From assembly GCA_036563665.1 (NCBI GenBank), contig DATCLY010000093.1, positions 117,702 through 181,701 of the forward strand: DNA of 64,000 nt, given 5' to 3'. Positions within the stretch are counted from its first letter, which is position 1. Each line of letters starts with the position of its first letter. The stretch is from Gammaproteobacteria bacterium. GTDB taxonomy: Bacteria; Pseudomonadota; Gammaproteobacteria; Steroidobacterales; Rariloculaceae. Shown one piece after another: positions 56,516-64,000 of this stretch. The notes beneath the pieces are model-generated. The model was given only the letters and a program-made list of their open reading frames with translations, had not been told where the DNA came from and ran no database searches. Position numbers and translations under genes: made by a program.

Positions 56516-58978
56516 TCAGGACAGCGACTTGGAGGCGTTGAGCAGCGCCTCGCGCAGCTCGTCCATCGAAGCGTAGCGCTTGTTCTTGTCCACCATCATG
56601 GTCTTGTGCACGACGTTCGCGAGCTCGAGCGGCACCTTCGGGTTGAGCTCGTGCAGCGGCTGCGCCTTGCCCTGCACGTGCTGGTACATCACGGACATAT
56701 GGTCGCCGCGGCTGTAGGGCGGCGTGCCGGCCAGCATCTCGTACATGATCACCCCGAGGCTGTAGATGTCGGCACGCTCGTCCACCTTCTTGCCGAGGAT
56801 CTGCTCCGGTGCCATGTACTTCGGCGAGCCGATCACGTAGCCCGTTTTGGTGAGCTGCGTGTCGCCGCTCTTCGCGGCAGCCGCCACGCCGAAGTCCACG
56901 ATCTTCAGGAGCCCCGCGTCGTTGATGAGGATGTTCGCCGGCTTCAGGTCGCGGTGAATGATGCCCTGCTGGTGGGCGTTCTGCATGCCGAGGCAGATGT
57001 CCACCGCGTAGCCCACGGCCTTGGCGGGCCGCATCGGCTTCTCGTTGGCGATCTCCTGGGCCAGCGTGTGCGACGGGAAATACTCCATGGAGATGGCGTA
57101 GCCGCCGCCCACGTAGAGGAAGTCGTAGATGCGAATGACGTTCTTGTGCGTGATGCGTCGGGAGTAGCGCAGCTCGTGCACGAACCGCTTCATCATCTCC
57201 TCGTCCGACGCCACGTTCGGGTTCAAGAACTTGAGGATGAGGCGCTCCTCGACCACCTTGTCCTCGACCAGCACCACGGTGCCGAACGCGCCCTTGCCGA
57301 TCTTCTGGATGAACTCGTATCGGCCGTCGATGAGGTCGCCGGGCTTGAGCGCGTTGATATCGAGCGCCTCGCGAGCTTTCGGCACGGGCGCGAAGTCCGC
57401 GCCATCGATGAGCAGCGTGCGCGCCGTGCCGGTGGCGGCCGAGGGCGCGGGCGACTGCACGGTCGGCGGCGGGGACGACAGGGTCGGCGCGGGCGTGGAC
57501 GTCGGCGTGGGCGACGCCGCGTAGGTGGTGCTCGTGAACCGGCCGCTCTGCGAGACGCGGCCGTCGAGCTTCTGCAGCGCCCGTGACGCGGCGCGGGCCA
57601 CCGTCTCGTCGGCCGTGGCCGCGATCTGCTGGATGTAGGGGCGCACGCTCTCGGCGTGCTGCTCGCCGGCGAGCTGCGCGATGGCAGTCACGGCCGCGAC
57701 CTTGATCTCTTTCTCGGGGCGCTGCAGGTAGGGCAGAACGCGCTCGAGGTGGCGATGGTCGCCGAGCTTGCTGAGCGCGTGGAGCGCCACGGGCACCGAG
57801 CGATCGTTGCGCTCGAGCATCTCGAGGATGGCGGGCAGCGCCTTGGGGTCGCCGATCTCGGCGAGCGCGTCCGCGGCCCGCTCGCTGACCCACCAGTCCT
57901 TGTCGCGGGTGGCCTCGATGAGCTTGTCCACGGCGCGCTTGTCGCGGCAGACGTTCAGGATCTCGATAGCGGCGCGGCGGATGTTCTCGTCCTGATCCTT
58001 GATGAGCTCGAGCACGGCGTCGACCACGCGCGGCCCGCCGATGCGAGCGAGCGCATCCGCGGCCCGCGAGCGCACCCACCAGTCCTCGTCCGCCACCGCC
58101 TCGAGCAGATACTTCACGTGCGCGGTGGTGCCGATGGCGTTCAGCACCTCCACGGCCGCGCGGCGCGAGAACTCGTTCTCGTCCTTGAGCGCCGGGACGA
58201 GGTGCTTCACCGTCTCCGGGTCGTTCAAGGCGATGATCACGTCCACCGCCTTGTTCATCACCTCGAGGTCCGGGTCGAGGAGCAGGCGGGCCACGACCGC
58301 GACGTCGGCTTTCCGCTTCGAGCGCGCGATGCCGCTGAGCGCCGCCTGGCGCACGAGCTTGTTGCCGTCCTTGAGCTGCTCCTGCAGCGTGCTGCTCACC
58401 TCCGGCAGGTCGAACGCCGAGAGCACGTTGATCAAGTGCATCTTGACGATCGGGTCCTTGCCGTCGAGGCGCGTGAGCAGATCGGGCACGAGATCGGGCG
58501 TGATGATGTCCTCGATGAGCTTGAACACGGCCGCCTTCTCGCTCGGCTGCAGGTGGTAGATCTGCGCGAGCAGCTGGCGCACGTTCAGGCGATCCTTGTG
58601 GGCCGTGAGCACCTCGATGATGGCGGGCTTCGAGTACTCGTCTTCGGCGAGAAGATCCACGAGCCGGTTGACGTTGTAGCGCTTGCTGGTGGACAGCGCC
58701 CAGGCCGTGCCTTTCACCGTGCGCGAGTCGGAATCGGCGAGCCCGCGGGCGATGATGGGCAGCGTCTTGTCGGTGGCGAGGCTCGCGAGCAGCTCGACGT
58801 ATTCGATGGTCTGCCGCTTGTCGGCGGAGGCGAGCGCCTCGAGGATCTTGGGAATGGCGCCGTCACCGAGCTTGCGGAGCTTCTCGAGGGCTTTCCTGGC
58901 GGCGGGCGACGTAGGGTCGGCTTCGGCGCGGATCTGAGAGATCAGCCGATCGGCTTGCAGTGACGTCAGGAAATTCAT
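56516..58978 (-). CDS. Cytoplasmic HEAT-repeat protein fused to a C-terminal Hanks-type Ser/Thr protein kinase
   Basis: An 820-aa protein. About 500 aa are PBS-lyase/HEAT-like repeats (e.g. DEDWWVRSRAADALARIGGPRVV, DKDWWVSERAADALAEIGDPKAL), followed by an S/T/P-rich linker. The kinase has GKGAFGTV, LILK, HRDLKPANIL, DFG and APE. No TM segment is present. Confidence 0.85.
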   Translation of the reverse strand: MNFLTSLQADRLISQIRAEADPTSPAARKALEKLRKLGDGAIPKILEALASADKRQTIEYVELLASLATDKTLPIIARGLADSDSRTVKGTAWALSTSKRYNVNRLVDLLAEDEYSKPAIIEVLTAHKDRLNVRQLLAQIYHLQPSEKAAVFKLIEDIITPDLVPDLLTRLDGKDPIVKMHLINVLSAFDLPEVSSTLQEQLKDGNKLVRQAALSGIARSKRKADVAVVARLLLDPDLEVMNKAVDVIIALNDPETVKHLVPALKDENEFSRRAAVEVLNAIGTTAHVKYLLEAVADEDWWVRSRAADALARIGGPRVVDAVLELIKDQDENIRRAAIEILNVCRDKRAVDKLIEATRDKDWWVSERAADALAEIGDPKALPAILEMLERNDRSVPVALHALSKLGDHRHLERVLPYLQRPEKEIKVAAVTAIAQLAGEQHAESVRPYIQQIAATADETVARAASRALQKLDGRVSQSGRFTSTTYAASPTPTSTPAPTLSSPPPTVQSPAPSAATGTARTLLIDGADFAPVPKAREALDINALKPGDLIDGRYEFIQKIGKGAFGTVVLVEDKVVEERLILKFLNPNVASDEEMMKRFVHELRYSRRITHKNVIRIYDFLYVGGGYAISMEYFPSHTLAQEIANEKPMRPAKAVGYAVDICLGMQNAHQQGIIHRDLKPANILINDAGLLKIVDFGVAAAAKSGDTQLTKTGYVIGSPKYMAPEQILGKKVDERADIYSLGVIMYEMLAGTPPYSRGDHMSVMYQHVQGKAQPLHELNPKVPLELANVVHKTMMVDKNKRYASMDELREALLNASKSLS

Positions 58979-59242
58979 CGCTCCGATTACGGCCCTGGCG
59001 GTCAGCCCTTGTGCCCAATACGCAACCGAATGGAGCCCCCACGAAAGGCTCTGGCCGGGACCCCCGTGCGCTGGGATCGAACATAATGGCCGGCCGGTCG
59101 CGGGCAATTATGCCATACGCTTTTTGCGACAATGCAACGCAGATCACAGGTTTGCGGCTCTTTGCCGCGGCGTGCGCGCGGCGCGGGCGCCACGTCACGT
59201 TAGGTTACAATCGTGGCCTTGCTGGGCCGACCCGAGCGCCGC

Positions 59243-60337
59243 ATGACTGCCGTCTCCCGAGCCGACTTCGAACGACACCTGAAGACGTTCATCGTGCCCC
59301 ACACGGGGCGCGAGCTGGGGGCGCGCGGGACGTCGTTCACGGTGGCGGAGCGTGAGGGCGGCTTCCGCGTCGCGTTGCGCTGCGGATTTCCGCTTGCGCG
59401 GAGCGGGCCCAGGCTCGCCGAGGCCATCGAGCTGCACTGCCGCACGTTGAGCCCGGACCTTGCCGTCGAGGTGGGCATCGAGACGGAGATCAAGGCCCAC
59501 GCGGTGCAGCGGGGGCTGAAGCCGCTCCCCGGCGTGAGCAACATCGTGGCCGTGGCTTCCGGCAAGGGCGGCGTGGGCAAGTCCACGGTGGCGGTGAACC
59601 TCGCGCTCGCGCTCGCGCAGGAGGGCGCGCGCGTCGCCATCCTCGACGCGGACATCTACGGCCCGAGCCAGCCCCGCATGCTGGGCCTGCTCGGCCGGCG
59701 GCCGCAGTCGCGCGACGGCAAGACCATCGAGCCCATCGAGGCGCACGGCATCGTCGCGATGTCGATCGGTTTCCTCGTCCCGGAGGAGCAGCCGATGGCG
59801 TGGCGCGGCCCGATGGTCACGTCGGCGCTGAACCAGCTCCTCAGCCAGACCGTGTGGGGCGAGCGCGATTACTTGATCGTCGACATGCCACCCGGCACCG
59901 GCGACATCCAGCTCACGCTCGCGCAGCGCGTGCCCGTGAGCGGCGCGATCATCGTCACCACGCCGCAGGACATCGCCCTCGCGGACGCCCGCAAAGGGCT
60001 CGAAATGTTCCAGAAGGTCAACGTGCCGGTGCTCGGCATCGTGGAGAACATGAGCCTGTACGTTTGCCCGAACTGCGGGCACGAGGAGCACATCTTCGGC
60101 GAGGAGGGCGGCGCAAACCTGAGCCGCGCGTACGGCGTGCCGCTGCTCGGCACGTTGCCGCTCGACCGCCGCATCCGCGAGGAGACGGACAGCGGCGAGC
60201 CGACGGTGGTGGCCGAGCCCGACAGCCTGGCCGCCATCGCGTTCCGCGAGGCGGCGCTGCGCGCGGCGGGCGAGCTCGCCGCGAGCGCGCAGGACTACAG
60301 CCGCCTGTTCCCGAAGATCACGGTCGAGGACACCTGA
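59243..60337 (+). CDS. apbC: Fe-S cluster carrier ATPase ApbC/Mrp
   Basis: It has the deviant Walker A SGKGGVGKST and the motifs DADIYGPS, PPGTGD and the CxxC pair (YVCPNCGHE). An alternative GTG start lies at 59213. Confidence 0.9.
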   Translation: MTAVSRADFERHLKTFIVPHTGRELGARGTSFTVAEREGGFRVALRCGFPLARSGPRLAEAIELHCRTLSPDLAVEVGIETEIKAHAVQRGLKPLPGVSNIVAVASGKGGVGKSTVAVNLALALAQEGARVAILDADIYGPSQPRMLGLLGRRPQSRDGKTIEPIEAHGIVAMSIGFLVPEEQPMAWRGPMVTSALNQLLSQTVWGERDYLIVDMPPGTGDIQLTLAQRVPVSGAIIVTTPQDIALADARKGLEMFQKVNVPVLGIVENMSLYVCPNCGHEEHIFGEEGGANLSRAYGVPLLGTLPLDRRIREETDSGEPTVVAEPDSLAAIAFREAALRAAGELAASAQDYSRLFPKITVEDT

Positions 60338-60354
60338 TCGGCCGCAGCGTCGGT

Positions 60355-60581
60355 GGTGGGAGCGGCTTTCCAGCCGCGATCTTCGCGAGCGCAGGCGGCA
60401 TCGCAGGCGGCGCGGCTCGCCCGTGCCCCTTCCAGCACCGGCGTGAATACGTCCCTGTAGCCTCGCGCGCGCACATCCCGGTGCGCGAGCGTGCTGGAAG
60501 GGGCACGGGCGAGCCACGCCGCGAAGCGTCGGCGCGAGCTTCTGCGGCGCCGAAGAATCGCGGCTCGAAAGCCGCTCCCAC
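60355..60581. repeat. REP-like nested palindromic element, copy B (between convergent apbC and dcd)
   Basis: The outer inverted repeat is GTGGGAGCGGCTTTCCAGCCGCGATCTTCG (60355-) against CGAAGAATCGCGGCTCGAAAGCCGCTCCCAC (-60581). The inner inverted repeat is a perfect 23 nt (60416-60438 / 60491-60513). The core is the inverted homologue of 13048-13144. Confidence 0.8.
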
Positions 60582-60591
60582 AGGCTTCGTT

Positions 60592-61158
60592 TTACGTCTT
60601 GGGCAGCGTGACGCCGCGCTGGCCCATGTATTTCCCGCCGCGGTCCTTGTACGAGATCTCGCACACCTCGTCGGACTCGAAGAACAGCATTTGCGCGACG
60701 CCTTCGTTGGCGTAGATCTTGGCGGGCAGCGGCGTGGTGTTGGAGAACTCGAGCGTGACGTGCCCCTCCCACTCGGGCTCCAATGGGGTCACGTTCACGA
60801 TGATGCCGCAGCGCGCATACGTGGACTTGCCGAGGCAGATCGTGAGCACGTTGCGCGGGATGCGGAAGTATTCCACGGTGCGCGCCAGCGCGAAGGAATT
60901 CGGCGGGATCACGCACACGGGCCCTTTGAAATCCACGAACGAGCGCTCGTCGAACTTCTTGGGGTCGACGATCGTGGTATTGATGTTGGTGAAGATCTTG
61001 AACTCGTCCGCGCAGCGCACGTCGTAGCCGTAGCTCGACACGCCGTAGGAGACGATCCGCTCGCTGCCGTTCGCGCGCACCTGCTCGGGCTCGAACGGCT
61101 CGATCATGCCGTGCTCGCGGGCCATGCGCTTGATCCAACGGTCGGACTTGATGCTCAT
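60592..61158 (-). CDS. dcd: dCTP deaminase
   Basis: A 188-aa protein with Dcd patterns throughout ([35 protein letters not shown]). Confidence 0.95.
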   Translation of the reverse strand: MSIKSDRWIKRMAREHGMIEPFEPEQVRANGSERIVSYGVSSYGYDVRCADEFKIFTNINTTIVDPKKFDERSFVDFKGPVCVIPPNSFALARTVEYFRIPRNVLTICLGKSTYARCGIIVNVTPLEPEWEGHVTLEFSNTTPLPAKIYANEGVAQMLFFESDEVCEISYKDRGGKYMGQRGVTLPKT

Positions 61159-61189
61159 ACGTTTGCTCTGAAGACGGGAAACGCGGCGC

Positions 61190-61924
61190 TCAACGTGCGG
61201 CGCCGAGGCCCTCGATGGACCGAAGAAGGAAAGCGGTGCGCGTCTCGGCGTCGCGCCGCTGCTCGATGCGCACGGGCAGGTAGCCGAGCGCAGGCGCGAC
61301 CCAGAGCCAGGTGCTGCGCGACGACCCCTCGCGCTGCTGCACGTAGACGTGCGTCTCGAACACCCCCGCGCCCGTGCGCACCTCTTCCGTGCCCTGCGCC
61401 GTGTAGCCGTACTCCTGCACGCCGTCGTCGTCCACGAGCCGATACCGGTCGGGCGCGCCCGCCGTCGCGAGGTCCCGCATGAGCTGGGCCTGCAGGCTGC
61501 CGCGGTCGAGCACGCCGGGCTCGATCGGCAGCTCGCGGGCGCCGTCGTCGTCGGTGATCCGCGCGACGTTCGCGTCCCAGTCGAACACCACCGTCAGGTC
61601 GTCGTCGCCGCCGCGCGTGCCGTCCTCGTAGCGGTATTCGAGCGGCCGGATGCGGCCCGCGTCGAGCACGAACTCGCTGCGCTCGACGGTGGGGTCGGGG
61701 CTCGCGAGCCGTCCGACGAGACCCCGCGCCTCGGTGCGGGAGGCGAAGACGTAGCGGCCGGTCGCGGCATCGCGGCTCACCGAGAACTCGGAACGGCCGA
61801 GCTGACGGCCGCGATACTCGACGTCGTAGACGGCCGTGTAGGTGGCGATGTCGCCGTCCTGGGCATGCACGGCGGGGCAGGCGAGCAGCAGCAGGGCGCA
61901 GGCCTCGAGCAGGCGGCGAGTCAT
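61190..61924 (-). CDS. DUF3108-like exported protein
   Basis: It has a signal peptide ([10 protein letters not shown]). Its position immediately downstream of purN is typical for DUF3108 genes, and the stop of purN overlaps its start. Confidence 0.6.
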   Translation of the reverse strand: MTRRLLEACALLLLACPAVHAQDGDIATYTAVYDVEYRGRQLGRSEFSVSRDAATGRYVFASRTEARGLVGRLASPDPTVERSEFVLDAGRIRPLEYRYEDGTRGGDDDLTVVFDWDANVARITDDDGARELPIEPGVLDRGSLQAQLMRDLATAGAPDRYRLVDDDGVQEYGYTAQGTEEVRTGAGVFETHVYVQQREGSSRSTWLWVAPALGYLPVRIEQRRDAETRTAFLLRSIEGLGAAR

Positions 61925-62592
61925 GAGTCGGCCTCCACGATGACGGGCTCGTCGAGCGGACGGCCGTCCAGCACGGCGCGGCCGCCCTCCTCGCGCAGGC
62001 GGCCGGCCAGGAACCAGCCCGCGGCGCGCGGCAGGATGATGTGCTCGCCGACGTGCACGCGCTCGGCGAGCGTCGCGGGCGTGTCGTCGGGGCGCACGCG
62101 CAGGCGGTACTGGATGACGAGCGGGCCGGCGTCGAGCTCCGCCGTGACGAAGTGCACGCTCGCGCCGTGCAGCTCGTCGCCGGCCTCGAGCACGCGGCGG
62201 TGCGTGTCGAGGCCGCGGTACTTCGGGAGCAGCGACGGATGCACGTTGAGGATGCGTCCCGCGAAGCGCTCGAGGAACGGCGCGCCGAGAATGCGCATGA
62301 AGCCCGCGAGCACGACGAGGTCGGGCTCGCGCTCCGCCACGGCGGCGGCGAGCGCTTCGTCGTAAGCGGCGCGGCCCCGGAAGCCGCGGGGCGGCAACGC
62401 GAGCGCCTCGATGCCCGCCTGGCGGGCGCGCTCGAGCCCGCGGGCCGCCGGCCGGTCGCTCGCGACGAGCGACACCTCGCCGCCGAGCGCGCCGCTCGCC
62501 GCCGCGTCGATGAGCGCCTGGAGGTTGGTCCCTTCGCCGGAAACCAGCACCGCGAGCCGCGGGGTGCGCGCCCGGCTCGAAGCGTCGGCCAT
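61921..62592 (-). CDS. purN: Phosphoribosylglycinamide formyltransferase
   Basis: It has the motifs LVSGEGTNLQALID, LAGFMRIL, NVHPSLLP.YRG and HG.SVHFV. The start overlaps the purM stop (ATGA). Confidence 0.95.
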   Translation of the reverse strand: MADASSRARTPRLAVLVSGEGTNLQALIDAAASGALGGEVSLVASDRPAARGLERARQAGIEALALPPRGFRGRAAYDEALAAAVAEREPDLVVLAGFMRILGAPFLERFAGRILNVHPSLLPKYRGLDTHRRVLEAGDELHGASVHFVTAELDAGPLVIQYRLRVRPDDTPATLAERVHVGEHIILPRAAGWFLAGRLREEGGRAVLDGRPLDEPVIVEADS

Positions 62593-63620
62593 CAGCGGAT
62601 GCTCACGTGCTGCCCGGGGTCGGGAACCACTTCGCCGATCGTCCAGGCCCGCTCCCCGAGCGTCTCGAGCCGCCGCACGGCGTCCGCCGCGTGCTCGGAC
62701 GCCACGATCACGACCATGCCCACGCCGCAGTTGAAGGTGCGGTGCAGCTCCGCTCGCGGCACGCCCGCTCGGGCGAGCCAGCCGAACACGGCGGGCTCCT
62801 CCCAGCTGCGCGAGTCGAGCTCGACGCCCAGGCCCGCGGGCAGCACCCGGGGGATATTCTCGAGCAGGCCGCCGCCCGTGATGTGCGCCATGCCCTTCAC
62901 CGGCGTGGTCTGCAGCAGGCCGAGCAGCGAGCGCACGTAGATGCGGGTGGGCGTGAGCAGGTGCTCGATCAGCGGCCGGCCGTCGAGGAGCTGATCGGTG
63001 CCCTTCGGGTCGCGCGCGAGCACGTGGCGGATCAGCGAGAAACCGTTCGAGTGCGGACCGGAAGACGCGAGGCCGATCACCTTGTCGCCCGCCACGATGT
63101 CGCGCCCGTCGATGATCTTCGAGCGCTCCACGATCCCTACGCAGAACCCGGCGAGGTCGTACTCGTTCGGCGTGTGCATGCCCGGGTGCTCGGCCGTCTC
63201 GCCGCCGAGGAGCGCGGCGCCGGCGAGCTCGCAGCCGCGCGCGATGCTGGCGATCACGCGCTCGGCCACGTCCACGTCGAGCTTCGGCGTGACGAAGTAG
63301 TCGAGGAAGAACAGCGGCTCCGCGCCGCACACGACGACGTCGTTCGCGCACATCGCCACGAGGTCTATACCTACGTCGTCGTGAGCGTCGTGGTCGATGG
63401 CGAGCTTGAGCTTCGTGCCGACGCCGTCCGTGCCCGCCACGAGCACGGGTTCCTGCAAGCCTCCGGGCACCCTGAACAGCCCGCCGAAGCCGCCGATGCC
63501 GCCCAGCACCTCCGGCCGCTGCGTGCGCTGCACCACGTGCTTGATGCGCTCGACGAGCGCGTCGCCCGCGTCGATGTCGACACCGGCGGCCTTGTACGTC
63601 AGATTGCCTTCGGACGTCAT
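62592..63620 (-). CDS. purM: Phosphoribosylformylglycinamidine cyclo-ligase (AIR synthetase)
   Basis: It has the motifs [42 protein letters not shown] and SSG.HSNG.SL. Confidence 0.95.
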   Translation of the reverse strand: MTSEGNLTYKAAGVDIDAGDALVERIKHVVQRTQRPEVLGGIGGFGGLFRVPGGLQEPVLVAGTDGVGTKLKLAIDHDAHDDVGIDLVAMCANDVVVCGAEPLFFLDYFVTPKLDVDVAERVIASIARGCELAGAALLGGETAEHPGMHTPNEYDLAGFCVGIVERSKIIDGRDIVAGDKVIGLASSGPHSNGFSLIRHVLARDPKGTDQLLDGRPLIEHLLTPTRIYVRSLLGLLQTTPVKGMAHITGGGLLENIPRVLPAGLGVELDSRSWEEPAVFGWLARAGVPRAELHRTFNCGVGMVVIVASEHAADAVRRLETLGERAWTIGEVVPDPGQHVSIR

Positions 63621-63691
63621 GCGAGGGACTCGGGCGGGGGCGGGACCGCGGCCGCTATAATAAGCGACCTCGAACCGCCGTACACATCGCA

Positions 63692-64000
63692 ATGCAACGC
63701 ATCGCTGCCGTCATCGTAACGCTGCGCGTCTGCGCGGCGGCTCTGCTCGTGGCGGTCGCGCTCGTTGCGGTGCCGGATACGTACGCGGCCACCTTCACCG
63801 ACCTCTACCGCATCACCGTCGACCCCGTCCAGGGGGCGGCGGATCCGCGGCGCGAGAACATTCGCGCCGCGATGAGCCGGCTGCTCACGCGGGTGACGGG
63901 CAGGCGCGACGCGGGCTTCGACCCGGACCTCGCGTCGCTGATGGAAAACGCGGACGATTTCGTCAATCAGTACGGACAGGACCGGCAGGGCCGCATCCGC
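63692..64000 (+). CDS. DUF2066-like exported protein, N-terminal part (runs off window)
   Basis: ATG 63692 opens a frame that stays open to the window end. It has a signal peptide ([18 protein letters not shown]). The position, divergent from purM, is the usual one for DUF2066. It is absent from the ORF track, presumably because no stop lies in the window. Confidence 0.6.
   Translation, partial: MQRIAAVIVTLRVCAAALLVAVALVAVPDTYAATFTDLYRITVDPVQGAADPRRENIRAAMSRLLTRVTGRRDAGFDPDLASLMENADDFVNQYGQDRQGRIR

Noticed and set aside
56516-59107. N-terminally extended versions of several ORFs as listed in the track. Examples are the kinase from 59107, the oxidoreductase from 15200, yceI from 22478, the SnoaL-like gene from 17282, the transporter from 22021, and aceE from 34183.
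   Set aside because: The extensions are Arg/Pro-rich and lack family similarity. Internal starts coincide with the conserved N-termini, signal peptides or dinucleotide-binding folds, and often with SD-like sequences.
60355-60581. CRISPR array or transposon terminal repeats as an explanation for the palindromic repeats.
   Set aside because: This is a single nested inverted-repeat unit with no regularly spaced direct repeats or spacers, no cas genes and no transposase between or beside the arms. It is better described as a REP-like extragenic element.

Overview
The window is a visibly GC-rich chromosomal segment, and off-frame ORFs read as the Arg/Ala/Gly/Pro-rich artefacts typical of high G+C. 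Gene content and local synteny point to a Gammaproteobacterium: ileS-lspA, rnt next to grxD, metG-rnfABCDGE-nth, dcd-apbC, and purMN flanked by DUF2066 and DUF3108 genes. About 65 protein genes and one tRNA-Thr(CGU) can be supported. Most are housekeeping: ileS, lspA, proC, nadC, grxD, rnt, aceE-aceF-lpdA, argS, nth, the rnf/rsx complex, metG, apbC, dcd and purN/purM.

The non-core content is:
- A complete, translationally coupled type IV pilus minor-pilin/PilY1 operon (fimT-pilV-pilW-pilX-orf-pilY1-pilE, 2.2-8.4 kb).
- An Irr-like Fur regulator divergent from that operon.
- A block of exported enzymes after the tRNA.
- A small locus at 27.6-29.6 kb encoding a double-glycine-leader (class II microcin-like) peptide, a 2-TM immunity-like protein, and an upstream beta-lactamase-fold protein whose SxxK serine is a cysteine.
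- A three-gene operon (HEAT-repeat Ser/Thr kinase plus two non-canonical PilT-family ATPases). It sits in a ~6.6 kb block that separates apbC from metG, which are normally adjacent.
- A nested-palindrome REP-like element in two inverted copies.

No CRISPR array, integrase, transposase or prophage genes were seen. All family assignments rest on motifs read from the translated ORFs; no database search was possible.
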